A stretch of DNA of 64,000 bases from Botryllus schlosseri (lineage: Eukaryota). How positions within the stretch are numbered: the stretch's first letter is position 1; every line of letters begins with the position of its first letter. Made by a program: the position numbers and the translations under genes. The notes beneath the pieces were generated by a model. The model saw only the letters and a list, made by a program, of their open reading frames with translations. It searched no databases and had not been told where the DNA came from. The stretch lies in assembly GCA_051294905.1 (NCBI GenBank), contig CM119386.1, forward strand, positions 11,284,001-11,348,000, read 5' to 3'. Shown here piece by piece: positions 22,501 through 37,500 of this stretch.

Positions 22501-25500
22501 GCGGCCGTTCGGACTGAAACGCGATTGACTGTCCGACGCGTGGTCCGGCTCGAAGCTGTGCCGCGAGACATCGTGTAGGGTGGACGAATGCTTCGGGTCA
22601 AAGGTCAGATTCGAGGTCTGTCCGCAAAACGACCTTCGAGTTCTGCCGTCTGAAAGAAAAAAATAATCTCGGGTTAACAATTAGACTTCGAAGCTGGATT
22701 TCGATTAAACGTGAGATATGAAATTGTTAATAATTTTCGCAATAATGACGATTTTTAGCTGTATCTGTTTTCCAAAGGTGCAGTCATGCGTTAAGCGAGT
22801 TATTTATGGATACGGCGACCAAATATGCATTGCAAAAACCGGATACCTGCGTCTCCTTCGTTCTTGTAGTACTTCTCGTAGAGCGCCAGTTCCGATTTGA
22901 GAGTCTTGGCCAGGCCTTGGCTTTCGTCGAGCTCTTCCTTGACACGGTCCAGGTCTTCTCGATGACTGGAAACCACGGATTCAGTAAACTGATCACTAGG
23001 GTGATTTTTTTACATGTTAAAAAAGTCAAAATTTTGTCAAAATTGCAGAGTTAGGTCAAAAAATGTCAAAATTGTTTACGAAGTCAAAATATTTTTGCAA
23101 CCTGCATTTTGTTTGTATAATAGATTTTGCACTGTCGGTGAACTCATAATTTGACATTTTACAGCTTGTAGCCTACTTTATAGGCCTACCGTTGTAGACG
23201 GCCCATTGTCTGCTCATTGTAAATAATAAGCATTCAAATGTAACAAATAGGTTGACATGGTCAACGTACCGCAATATCCCAACTTAAGTAAGACTGCGCG
23301 AGCATTAGTACTTATATCAAGAAGCGCATGATGAAAAATTGTGATGCAGACACCAGTGTCAGAATGAAGCAACACGGTGTGTAACCAGCAGTGTACGCAC
23401 AACTTTAGTGTTGCCAGCCAACAACTGCTGCTGTTGTATGTTCTTTCCCCATTCATGGTAAGCTACTTAGTAAGGACAGACACTTTCTATCCGAGAATGT
23501 AGGAAGGTCATCTTTTGTTGTACTACAACAAATTTTAATTATTTCTACCATAATACGTGATGTAACTACTGGAATTCTTCATAGGGCCTGATTTCGTTGA
23601 AATAAATTTAGTAAAAAGTACAAAGTTGTCATTTTTTGAGTCAATAAAGTTTTTTCAGGCCAAACTACTTCGTAAGGACAGACAGTTCCAACCAGAAATG
23701 AAGATAAGTAGTACAATTCAAACATTTCGTGGGAATATACCTAATTTGCATACGTTAGGTTCAAAGTATAATATGTCAAAATGTTAATTTTCAATATCAA
23801 AATCTTTCGTTTTTTAGGTAAAAAAATCGCCCTACTGATCACTAACAAAGGGTCAACAATTTTGGCCCTAGTCCTAGGACCAGTCACGGCCGAATTTCCA
23901 TGAATAAGGACAAATCACAGAAATGGTGACCGATTCAAAATACAAGTGAGGGGTAAGGACGGTTTGTGTTAGAGGTCAGGTTAGTTTGTGTTAGCGGCCA
24001 GGTTAGCCTGTGGTATTGAACAAGGTTAGCTTGTGTTCAGGCTAGGAGTGAAATCTGTTAGCTTGGGTTAGCATCAGGGGCAAGGTCCGTGTCGGACAGT
24101 ATCCATTACCTTGAAGCGCACTGATTTGCTTCGTCTGCGGCGTGCCGAAGGGCTTCCGCTTCAACCTTGTTGACTTCGTTACGGTCATTGGCGGACTTCA
24201 ATTGCTCTTCAGACTTCTTAAGATCCTCCGACAAGTTTCGAATCTAAAACAAAACGACTTCACACATCCAAACAGGATTCACAGTACTTCCGACGTCGAT
24301 CAGGGCAAATTTCACAAGATCTTGTGAAGATTTTGTTACAAATTTTCTTTTCAAGAGTCTGTACACTGGAATTTTGGCTCATCTCTTCGCTTTCTGATAT
24401 TAAAGGAGTTCTATCGAATTTAGTCAACCCAAAAAATACAAGATTAGGATTGAAATGAATTCAATGTGATCTCTCGCTGTAACACAGAGTGAAGCAAATC
24501 ACAAACCTCAACATCTCTCTCGGCGATAGTTTGTTCCATTTCGCCGATCATACTCGCGAGCAATTCTGTCTGCGTCGATGATTCTGACAAACGGTCGTTT
24601 AATCGTTCTAGTTCCTGAGCGGCCGCTGAATAAAAAGACACATTGGATTATTATGGAAGTCACAAATGCTATCGACGATAGGACATCCGTGGACTGTTAA
24701 TCTACAATGTTCTTTCCAATTGTCTACTAGCTGCTGATGGGTTACCCCTGACAAGTGTCAACAGAGAGATTCGGGCTCATTTCAATACGAATAAGTTCTT
24801 CGATTGTGTATCGAAGTTCTGCCTGCACCACCAAGAATCTTTTCTGATGATCTCAAGTTAGATGCTTTCTGTATGGTGGTAGTAGATAATGAATGAAATG
24901 AAACATGTGATAAGGCCATACCATAATATACTTCAAGAGAAGTTTGGTAAAACCAGCCAATGCAGAACATACCGGCGTAATTTTCTTTCACTTTCATCTC
25001 GGCTTCCAGTTGCGTCTGGAGTTGCGCAATCTTCTCGTTGGCTTGGAAAAGCTCCGACCGGACTTGAGCCATCTCGTCTCCATATCTCGAACCTTCCTTT
25101 GCGTTGACGGGCAAGTAGATATTTGCGGCGACTGAACAAGAGCCATTATATATCTCTAGAGCAGAGTTGAAAAAAATGGGTTGAACCCGATGAACTCAAA
25201 ACTGAATAGTGAACAGAATGATTTGGACTCGAGTCAAAACTGCAAAAGTGAGATTGACTTGTGACTCGGCACCATGCGACTTGGTTGCAACCCAGCTCAT
25301 GACTATATAAAGCGTGTACGATGCTGAAAGTTGAGATATGTAGCCTACCTTTTATGCAAGAACAAAGGAAACACTGTCACAGTTCTACTCTACATTCAAC
25401 ACAATTTGGTATTTTTCGACCATACACATGTCACCGTACTTAGCGATTGTGCTTTGCAGAAAAACTTATCAAAATTATCATTCTAGTTGATAACATAGCT

Positions 25501-28500
25501 GTTGGGTATATTTTCAGCACAAGGAATTGTCTCTCTCCTTACTTGACTTCAAGCATGGCACGAAGCTCTACTCCCACCGTAGGCTTATACATTCAAAGAG
25601 CTACAATGCTCACCATGTTCGCCTTGCGACGTTTGATTCAACTTGCTTTCCAACTGCCTTCGCAGGTTATCGTTGGTGCTGATGCTGTTCTCCAAGCGTT
25701 GTCGCAAGACGCGAATTTCTCTCAAATGCTCTTCCAGGACGTCTACAAAAGCGAACTGTAGTATTAGCCCAAAACGGGTACATTACATTAAAAAAAACTG
25801 CGCATATTTAATTCGAGGTTAGACGTAAACGTAAGCTAGTTAGCGTTAGAGCAAACGATTGCTTAACAGTTGTAACACGAGGGTTACATTGGAAAAAAAT
25901 CAGGCGAATCCATATCAACTAAACTTAGGCAAGAGCCACCAATCTACCTGAACAAACGTTGGCATTAACCTTGTACTGTTTGGATCCATCCTTCAATATC
26001 AAGGATACCCTCTCCATTACTAGCGTGTAGCAAGACTACCGTCAATTATTCACGACACTTCAAGTTAAACTAGCGGCCTTTTTCCCCACACCACACAGAT
26101 GTACATGCATGACTATGCGCATGCAGGCGGAATAATCAAACCTAACTCGAAAGTCAAGCAGGCATTTCCTTAATTGAAACCGGGTTACACCCGTAATCCC
26201 TGCTTAAATCTATCTTTAGGCCGACTGCTAAACATATTTTGCTCAATAACAGTATTATTGAGCCTAGTCTTGTGATTGTGATGTAACAATAGAGTCAGAA
26301 TAAATGAAAAAGTGAATTTCGGAATTGTTATCAATTGATAAATTATACAGTAGGATTTTTCAACTGGTCAAACAATCTTCAATTACTCACCAGCAGGCGA
26401 CCTGTTCGATCGCTCAGAGTTCTTGGCTTGAGACAACGCCTCCATCGTGATATCAAGCTCTTCCTTTAGTGACCTGAAAAATGTGTATCAAAGTAATTAA
26501 AACACCATGGAATTTCTGAGACGGCCGATCTTAACAATCTGAAAACATTAGTTACAAGGGGTAAGACTTCTTTACAGACATGCCAGTGGGGAATCTCCGA
26601 CTAATCCTACAGAGTTTAGCAGCATCTTGAAGGGCAAAACGAACGATGTGAATTATGCAGCGGTAGCTTACTGGTTGAGACGTTCGCTGTCTTCCAATCG
26701 CTTTTCCAGACCGCTGTCGCCGCCATCTCGTCTGTCCGAAGGCGACGAGTGAACAGACAGCTCGGGTTTGAAGCTTATTCTAAAAGAAACACAAACGGTA
26801 TGCGATTGCAGGTGTGATCATGGCAGGAACACAATTTTACATCTCACAATCACATCAATTTTGACCTACCCAATCTCATGCCCCTGACGAGGACTAGCGC
26901 CCAGACTCCAGCAACCTCCGTACGAGGCTGAACAGTTTTCGGCGTCCTTAGTGGATGACAGCCGACGTCTGGCGTTTGTGCCGCTTTCCGCTGTAAAGAA
27001 AAGGCAATCTAAAAATGGCGAAACAACTGGCTTACATGCATGCCTGGTGCTAAATAACTCGCACAATAGAAGAAAATCACTTGAGGTTTTGAAAAAAAGC
27101 AAGAAAGCTAACGTTAGTGGTAAATAGATACAAATAGAACCACAATATTTACTACACAAGCTATTCGGAGCACAAAACTTCTGAATCACTCATATCGTGA
27201 GATAATATGTTCACTAAAGGCCTTTCGATTACTCTCGTCAGTAGCGAATAGCTTATTAGCTTTACGTGTTGAAGTTTTCATCTATTTATCATCAAATATA
27301 TACTAGTCTACGTACCGGCGTCTCGGAACGGAAGATACTCGGTGATGGCGACAGTGCGTTGATACAAAGGCAGGCTCTTGTTCAGCCTTGGCGAGGACTG
27401 ATAAGTTTGACTGGGACGGTGAACGGCAGACTGCGGTCGCGGCGTTCTTGGCTCGGGCAGAGCTGCGTACTCAGTGTTCTAAATAGTACAGAAATTAGCA
27501 TATTCACAAATCATATATTTATATTGCAAAATTTATTCCACTCAAAGCTTTGCGATGGACTGAAATTAGCATTTAAAAAGCCAAGACTAACAATATATTC
27601 ATATTGCCAAATTTATTCCACTCTAAGCTTTACGATCGTCTCAGACCATGATCTCAGTGCAATAAATTTGACAATACGAACAGACTGTTTGTTGCGAATC
27701 ATTTGCAATTTTCTGCTGCAATTTCAGCCCGAAAACTCACCCTGCTGGTGGCGGCCCTCATAATCGGAGAAACAGTTTCATCTCTGTCGCCTAACGACGA
27801 CGCCGGCGTCAGATATCCCAGATTTTCCGGTATGATCCTCTGGCCCTTGGACTTGATACAGAGCGAACCGTTACCAAAAGTAAGAATCGGGGATGGAGGC
27901 ATATCCTTACTGTGGGGAAAGAGGGCTCCTCGTATTGACGTAACATATCCTGCAGTTTCTCTTCCAGATCCTGGATTCTACGGTTTTTCTCTTCGATTTC
28001 TTGGTTTTTCCTTGTAACACGGTTCGATTTTTACATCGTTCAATAACACTATACAAGATTTCGTCAAAAACGAATCCATATACTAAAATTGCTGTCGAAA
28101 TTTGAGTATTGGCGATCTGCTATAGACAAAACCTGTTCATTTCCTTCGATCAAGACAACGTAAGTTGGGCACAAACCCGACTCTCTAAACCAGTGGTTCC
28201 AAAAATGGGGCCTGCAGACCTGCCGGGGCCTGGGCAGCAGTGTGACCGGGTCCTATCCAACCCCATTTTCATTTCTACTCGCGATCGGACCATGGGACAT
28301 CATCGCAAAAAAACTGACTTACTCGATAATCTGCGAAGTCTGTCGACGCGTCGGGGACATCTCGCGACTCGAGCCCGACTCGTCATAGTCCGAGGAGCTT
28401 GAAGACCCCGTCACCCATTCTGCAAGATAGACGGAGATAATCTTGGCACATTCTACATTGACAAAAAAGGCAGTACCTGCAAGTTGGTCTTTGAGCTTCC

Positions 28501-31500
28501 TGGTGAGTTGTTTGCATCTCCGAAGCTCGCCGGTGACGCTGGTCGCGAGCATGGTGTCTACGGGTCCGTCGGAAGTCAGCAAAGTCGAAACGTACCGCAA
28601 TACGATATCTGAATTTACGAGTTTGCATTGTAAATCGAAACTGCGGACAAGTAGGTCATAATAATATTGATACAAGTTAAAATAACAATATATTAAAAAG
28701 CTTTTCGATCGGTGCTCGAATCAACCTTTCATAACTGCTTGTATCAGCGTTTGCTGGAAATAGTCACTGGACGTCTGGAGAGAATATTCCACACAAAATT
28801 CTATAGTGCATAATGCCCCCGTTTTCTCTCAGCACCCCCCAATGGCCCAGTTTGTAGCTAGCGCTCCCTTCGAGGGCCGCTTACACCTCTGCTCTACACA
28901 TAAATAGGTCAAGACGTGGGCTTCGAAACTATCGACGCAATTTACCGTATTCGGTTTTGAGGTCCTTGCAAGTGCCCCGAGCCTTCTTTAACCTTTGCCG
29001 CAACGTTGAAAGTTCCTTCGCTTGCGCTTGAATCAGAGAATTGTATCTGAACGTAAAAACTTGAGATTACTCACAGATTCGACCCTTTTTTGGTTGTTAA
29101 TCACCTTGTACTTTTATAATATCGAACCATCTAGACAGAGCACAAAAATATAACAGGACAATAAGGACACTGACGGGTCACAAAACGTCACCCTTGACAC
29201 ACAGAGTTATATGAAAACACACACACTCAGTCAATTTTACAAGTATCAAGTTAGCTATTAGCCTATGCAATCGAAAACTTGACAACTCTCCTGCCTTACG
29301 CCACGTTAACTACATCTGATCATAAAACAACATCACGACACCCCGTTATCTCTCACAATACAACACTGCAGCCCGTTCTTGTAACATTGCATCGTAACAA
29401 GTAACTGCTAACGACATCTCGTCCCGAATACAGTTTGCAAAGCAAATTTTTACAAAAGCCATCGAGCAACAACTGCAATCGATCCCGACTGGGAGAGACG
29501 TGGCAGCTGTATACTCGGCAAGAGACTCTGTGCCATTCCCACAGGGACTAATTCCCTAGTGACGCCTGCACTTGCTACTGCGGTAAAGAATAATTACATA
29601 TTCCGGCAGCAGCTTTTCCTCAAGTGCTGTAAAGGAATATCAGTCGCATTTTACTTCAGGAAAGCAATTCCTCAACATTTCAAGTGTAACATCACCGATT
29701 ACTTCGCAGCAAAGCGCAATCTCTGTGTAATTTACTCCCCTGCCTCTTTGAAATTGTGTTATTAATGACTTGTTCTTTATTACTTCATTTTTTCTTCACT
29801 TGTACGTCAAATCACACATATATTACTATACACATTATAGCATAACACTTTTCAAAACATTTATATATATATATACACTTACAACATGTAAGCGTATATA
29901 TATTCCCTCATTTTTAAAAATGTACCTTTTTTCAGATCTAGACGTAACCGAGGCATAGCCCGTATCGTCAGCCGACATTTGAACCCGGCCGTCTGCGGTA
30001 TCGCTCGAATCTGGCCCAACGAAAAACACTTTCGCATAAGAGCAACATGAGAAGCATAGGAACAGAGTTACCTGGCTGTCGACCTGTTCCGTTATCATTG
30101 AAGAACAAGTTGGGATGACTGCGCGCTGACTTGACGGGCGATATCGGAAAGTCGACCCCCGCGGAAGCTGAGATTAAACGAGGCTTGCATAAACGATGTC
30201 GCAATTTTAACCGACAACAGAGCACATACATATTGCGGCTTTGGCCTTTTTAAGCTTCTCAGTTTGTTGGCGAACCGTCTCTTCCGTGGCTGCCAACTTG
30301 TTTCGCAGCCTGGTGTTTTCTGCTTCCATTTTAGCTACTTCAGCAGTGTTACCGACCGGATTGAGGTCTGGATTTTTCGATTGAGCCTGAAATTTAAGAA
30401 AAGGTGCCGACACTGTCAAGTTATGTGTCCTCATAGAACAGTAAACAAACCACAAACTTTCAATACGAATCCAACGTATATAATCTACAACAGCAACACC
30501 GCTATAAGACAGACGAGCACTTAGCCATTCAGACAGTAGATCACAAAACACAAGAAATAATGATTCGCACTAATCACAAGTCCCGTAACAGTGGTCCTTA
30601 ACAGAGCCAGTCTCGGAGATTCGCTGGAGGAGACACTCACCCGACTAGACCAAAATTTGGGATCGCCAAAGGCTCGGAGATATAGCACAAGGGTTCGCCA
30701 CAACAGTAAAGGTTAAGGACTTTTCTATAGCTTTGTAGAACAGTAGACATATACAGCAAACTCCCAATATGATTCGTATACGACATATTTAATCTTCCAC
30801 ACCAGAATCACTAATAGGTGTGCGCAATACAATCACCATCCAGAGAAGAGATAGAGACAAGTAGATTGCAAAATATAAGAAATAATGATTGGCACAAATT
30901 ACTGGACACAATATAACAGTAACTACCTTATCGACAGGAACTGGTAGTTTACTCTTCGAGTGGCTGCGTATCAATAGCGGATCTGATTTCGACACCGTAT
31001 CGGCAGGCCCGCTCCTAAGACACAACACATTTCGATAAATGTTATACGTTCCCACCATGTAAACCTTAATCATATCACTTTGAAGTGTCGGCTTGGGCGT
31101 CGCGCAATTGGCGCTGCGCGTTCCGAAGCTGCTCCTGAAGCCTCCCGACTTGCAGCGTCAACTGCCGGGCGAGTTCCGGGTCTTCGGAACGTCGGGCTGA
31201 TTTCTCGCCTCTCGCCGATTCGATTTGCTCGCCCAAAAGTTCGTTCAGCTAATAACACGGAAACTAGCCTTTGAAATTTTGTCGAGGATTTGGCAAAGAT
31301 GCCAGACAATTTTATGAAGGTTTGAGAAAATTGAATGTCTCGCAGATTTACCAAGAGGTGGCACCCAGTGGTGCGGAGTTTCCACTTTTTTGAATACTTT
31401 GTAGCGCTTATAGCACATGATATATATAACTGTAAGACCTTGGTAGCTTCCACCCCCTATTTAACCTCCACTTGCAATAGAATATAACTTTATTAGTTAC

Positions 31501-34500
31501 TTTTTTGGGGTACTCGACTTGTTTTTGTTTACTTGCGCAACTAAATCGAGAATGCTTCCACATCAAGTCCAACGCTTAAGATCTAATTTCTTCTTTGGAA
31601 CGAGACCGCTTACTGGGATTTGGAATGCTGTCACCTTTGCGATCATCTAATATAAGTCTGCGATACCGAGTCATTTTCAAGTCTCATTCACCGGTTTTAA
31701 AATCGCTACCATCATGTACTTATAAATCTAATAACTAATTTGGTGCCAACCCACATCTGCAATGTTTAACACCCCGTAAAAGTTCAAACTGTACTCGCTT
31801 CTATTCTGTATCAAGGCAAAGCGCAAGAACAAAAGGTCAGACACCAACCTTTTCCGAATTCTTCAATTTTTTTTCCAGATTGTCGATGGATTCGCGTAGC
31901 TCTTTACGGGACAACGCACTCAAGCCGTCAGACTCGTCTTCCGAAGTGCTGACAATACCGATCACGAACAATGAATATCAAGTCTGGCGCAAATCACAAA
32001 ACACTCCGCTCACATATCAGACAACTTGGTGACTCTCAACTGCAAGGCGCGTAGTCGGTCGACTTCAATTCTCAGTTCGGACATCTCCCGGTCTTTCAGT
32101 TCGCTACAAAAGGAAGGACAACGCCGCAATTATCAATATTATCTCAAAATTCCCCATTCACCGAGGTGTATTCACAGAACAAAAACAAATATTCTGACCG
32201 CTGTCTCATCACGGAAAAAGATAATGAAAAATTATATGTTATACAAACAGTTCATTCGTGGTAGAATCACGACTCAAATTTGACTTTGAAATCTACAATT
32301 ACAATATGAATCTTCGCAGAGCATAACAAACATTCTGACCAACGTCCCATTACTGGAAACAATTAGCAAAAAACTATGTGTTATACAAACAGTTCATTCG
32401 TGGTAGAATGACGTCTCACAAATTAGATTACAATATCAGCCCAACTCCAAGCTTATATTTACCTACTTCTAATCAATTATCTTCCTGAATCCTTACAGAA
32501 TAACATGCGCAGGATATCCGAATTCCAAATCACTACGAAATCTACTGATCCTCGGCTACGTAGGCTGAGGTTTTCACCGAATCAATAGCAATGCACCCAC
32601 ATCGATCAAACACATTAAAACCCAGGACAAGTTAAAGCCTGCAATTTTACGACTTACCCTCTCTTCATTGCCTTCTCGAGACTGTTTTTTGTTTCTTTAT
32701 TATCCTGTTCCAGCCGCTGCTTCACCGCGTCCCATTCGGATCTCTCCTTTTCCCATTGCGATAACTTAGAGCAAGCGTCGAGCAAATCATTCCTAAGATG
32801 CAGAATTCAGAAACTCGTAAATAACGTAACCTTGGCAGCTTGTGTCCGACAATACAAATAACGAGACAAGGCCATAAAAGCCCTAATCCATTACCCGACT
32901 CAAGTAAAATTTATGACTAGTATAGTAAAATCCGACTCTAAAATAAATATCGTCGTCAAACTTTGTATCCTTTTACAGCGAGACTGAGTTTACAATATCT
33001 TGGTTATTGCAGCTATGACAGAAATATTCAAGCTCCCTTCAGAGACATATCAGCTACATGATCTTGAATCCGTGTAATTGCATAACATAAAGTCCTAACC
33101 TTAGTAGTGCTTACACAGTATATATTATTTCCAATTCTGTACTAATTGCTGACAATTACGGCTGACGAGAGCCAGCCAAAAATATTCGGAATTGTTTCAA
33201 TACGAATATATTATTCAACTATACAGCATGGCAATAAAAATGTCAAACTACTAATTCAACATCACAATAACAAACAAAACGACAAATATACAACCTGGCG
33301 CACCACAAACCCCATAAATCATTGCAAATCTCTCCCTACACCCTCACATCTCCGCCCTACATAGCAAAGCGAGCACTTAAATACAAGTAAACCCTTGTCC
33401 GAGGACAATAGCGATATCGAGAAGGGCTGATCAAACAAAAACAAAGGACAAAACACATTATTAGTCGCCGCATATTTTGACTATTAATCGTAACGAATCC
33501 CGCACAAAAGAAGGCGGGCTATTAAAAGGGAAGGAGATATCCCAGGCATGACAGGTTTGGAATTTACAATTTAAGAGATTGAGCATGGGAAACAGCAAAA
33601 ACAATGGCGGCTACAACGCATTCCGAGGTAATACATAATAACCGTGGTATGCTATCAACAAACTCAGTACATTAGCGACAAAGTTCAGGCTCCGCCTAAC
33701 TACAAGATCTGTAAACAATGGTAAGGAAAAGACTCATACAGCACACGAAAGTTGACACAGTAATGAAATTGACTCAAAAACCATCAGTGTGCACCTTAAT
33801 TTTTCCAGCTCCTGTTGCAGTTCCTGCATTCCCTGTTCTTGACTGTCGGCTTGGTTCCCAACGCCAGCCGTCGGCACTTGAAGATAGGAGGTTTGATCGA
33901 CTGGTAAGATCGTAGAACAGGCGCTGAAGTCATCTTCCGTCTAAAATTGACGAGTGCTGAAATTACTGCTACGCTAAATTAAGAGAATGGAATAATCCGT
34001 AGGCGAATAGTCAAAGCGGCAAAGATCGCCCACATCCCGAACTTTAATCTGTAAGAGTTTATTCTCAAGCTTGTTCATAAATCAAGTTTAACCCAAATTT
34101 CCTGGTGTCTTTATACGATATTACACATGTTACTCGTCTTTCTGGTTTCTGAAAGATGGAGTCCTGTTTTTGGAAAGTACTGCGAATTGTAATGTGAAAA
34201 ATTAATGGGTTTTCTTTAAAAATCTTCTCAGCTTTCATATATAACTGGTATTAATGTTGTTGTAGGATACTTTCAGACAGATTAACACAACATTTGCACC
34301 ATTGTAAGTTGCAACACTAGGCCTATATCACAACACAATGAAGAAAAATACGTTTTATTTAAAATTTGACGTTCCATTACTGTATTGATGCTAAAACGTC
34401 CGACTTTTTGCATTTTGGAACCGATATATATAACTGCAACATATTTGCAGACCGACAGGAAAGTTGACAAGGACCGGCACTTCACCACTGATCTATTATA

Positions 34501-37500
34501 TCAATTGAACCAACAGCATGTAATACTGACACATACCAACAAAATGGTTTCAGTAACGGCATACCTATTCTAGTCGAGCAGATTTTCAGAAAGTAGAGAC
34601 TAACACACTGTTCATTTCCGATAAATGACGGTGGCAATTTTGGGATATCCTACAATGGACAAACCTTATCAGCCTCGGCGTGTGGCATATCGAGCAAGAG
34701 ATCGGCCAGCTTATTTCGAAGTTCTTCCACCTCGGCCAACACTCCGTCTAACATCTTCTCCCGCTGCGCCAAACCATTGGATCCCTGGACAACAAGAGAA
34801 CAATGGCTACACCGACGACAAATAGCGATTAAACAAAATCGAATAATAACTAGGGCCCGTTTTTGCAACTTTTTTTACAGCTTCCGGGAGCTTCCCAAAG
34901 AACATAAAAGTGTACGCACGATCGATGGAACAACAGAGAAAGAGATGAAACAAACGGATATCACGCAAATCTTGAACTGTTGGGTCATACAAGATACAAT
35001 GGATCCTTTTGTGTATCTCATACCCTAATAATTCTAACAAATAATAGATGCAACTTTTCACAGCAACTTTTGTTAAAATCAAGCGCAACTTTCTCACGAT
35101 TTTAGTGCAACAAAAACTTGACCTAATAATCACGACTGATGGTTCAAAAATTTCAGAGTACAGATGTCGCAGGTAAAGTAAATCATATTCTCTGATCGTC
35201 ATTTCTTGTAATTTACATCATACCTTCCACACAAATACATCCAAGCCAAAAACTTTTCAAGTCATTCAAAAATGTGACTCGAGTCATTCCGACATTGGTC
35301 CGCAGACGATCAAACAACATAGACCTACGGCACATAAACAACATAGACCTACGACACATGAACAAACGCTTACCGTCGATGCCGAATCCTGGGCGGTGTT
35401 CAATTGCTTCCTGTATAGCTTCTGCTCCCTCGACAAGGACTTGGCCAGTCTTCTCAACCTCTCTTTCCGTACGTCCAACTTTGAAGACGCGCGTCGCAAA
35501 TCGATTTCGCTTCGTTGATGGTCTGCAACAGATCAGACTTTAGTTAGCGACAGCACACCCAAAATTAAGAGGGGTTAAAGTTGTCAGTTATTCAAGGAGA
35601 ACGAACGTCTCAAGTTCCTATTCACTTATACAAGCAGAAGTAGCGATTTCCACGACTATTTTCAAGAAACTATTTCAAGCGGAAGCACAAAATAAAATGC
35701 CTGGAAATTGCGTAGAGGTAAAACTGAAAAATTTCACTCATAACAGCAACGCAAATTTTCCAAAAAACTTCTTTCCACTGTTCCACGAGTCACAAGTCAA
35801 TCTCACTTTTATAGTTTTGACTCGAGTCAAGTCAACTAGTAGAGGGCCGAGTCCGAGCCCACGTCATTATGCTCCCTGTTCAGTTTTCAGTTCAATTTGG
35901 TTCAACCCCCTTTTTCTACTCTGCCCAAGTGATATAGAATGACTCGCATTCATAACATCGTACTTTTCCTCAGTCCTAACAGTTCCTGGCCCTATTTTCC
36001 AAGTATCAGGACTGATAGACGAAATACCAATAATGTGGCGACTTCACTATTCTTCCAAGTTACAATGAAATGTCTGTCTTGGCCGTCCCAGTCTCGAGTC
36101 ACATGACTTGGTTTGAGTCATGCACAATGACTCGAGTACAAGTCGAGTCAATATAAAATTCGACTCGAGTCATGTCGAGTCACCAAAAAATCGCCATTCG
36201 AGTGATTACAACCTTGTACTGGCCCCCTCCACGGCCTATCTCACCTTTCAAGTCTTCGATTTCTTTACGCAGCTCCAGCAATTCCGAGCTCAACATATTG
36301 TCGTCAGAGGCAGGAGTATCCCGTCCCGACACGAAATCAAACTCGCTATCCGCTGCGAAACGCATGAGAGAGTTTGCCGACGACGCGACAGACGACTCGT
36401 CGTCGGCCCTCGGCCTTTTCGGTTTCTTCTTGCGGAATCTCTGCAGTCGGCCGTGAAGCGGTTTCTCGTTGGCGCAGCTCGACACCTCCTCGGATTCAAC
36501 GGTGGGGAAGCGTTGGCCGGACCTCAAGTCCTGCGCGCGGTTGAGGCATTGTTAGTGTGCAATTGTCTCCATACTTAGGAAATTGCAAGGTCACAAAACG
36601 ATGTTGGAAATTTTCCAACTTTCCAAGGAAATTGCAAGGTCACAAAACGATGTTGGAAATTTTCCAACTTTCCAACTCACACCTTCACACAATCGGAGTA
36701 CCTATACTCATTAAATCACACGCAATGCACTGCACGAGTGTGACTACAGTCTTATTGCAAGCTAATAGGTAATAACTAGGGCAAGTTTTTGCAACTATTT
36801 TTTACAGCTTCCGGCAGCTTCCTAAATACTCGAAAGTTATGTAGAATGCTGTTTTAGGCTGTTTGAAGGAATCTTATAGTGCAACTTTTTGTGCCCTTTT
36901 TTTCATGCAACTTTTTCAATATTTCACGAAAGTTTATTCGATTTTTCATGCAACCAACTTACTGGAAATATTGGGTAGTATATTTAAATAGATCGGTCAC
37001 TGTTTTTGAGAATTTTAGTGAAATACACGGCCAAATTCGACTGAATTACCGTAAATCAGCACTGAAGCAACGCTCTAACGGGTATTTCGGGAACTGAGCC
37101 GGAAAGTTTACCTTTTCTGTTTAGTTTGGAAAACTGTATTTCGGGAATGGAACTGGGAAGTTGACCTTGGGAAGTGGACGATTTTTTTAGCCAACCGACT
37201 AAAATGTGGTCTTTTAATGCAACTTTTGTGAAATAAATGCAACTTCCCACGGATTTAACTGCAACAAAAACTTGCCCTAGTAATAACCTCAATCACAATA
37301 CGATCTGAAAGAATAAAGAAATTTGACCGGCTTTGGATAAAGGGCAAGCCATCTGGTCTACCAGCAGTCCGCTCGGGTAAATCAACACTCGGCCAGAATC
37401 TATCGCCTCACACTAGATCTACAGCGCTCTCGCTCAATTAAAAACCACTACACACCTCCAGCATGCGATCTTTGGCCTTCATTTCTTCACGCAGCGCCAG

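Noticed and set aside
23958-24080. GGTTAG repeats as an interstitial telomere
   Set aside because: Units are about 22 bp and degenerate, not (TTAGGG)n.
27266-28017. Plus-strand ORFs of 165 and 104 aa, one with a signal-peptide-like start and GKR site
   Set aside because: They overlap minus-strand CDK5RAP2 exons that fit phase on both sides; antisense shadows.
28725-28775. 49-nt candidate exon between exons 32 and 33
   Set aside because: Not a multiple of three and has an immediate in-frame stop; no support as a poison exon without RNA data.
36120-36578. Plus-strand 152-aa ORF
   Set aside because: Antisense to exon 36530-36245 plus MITE sequence.
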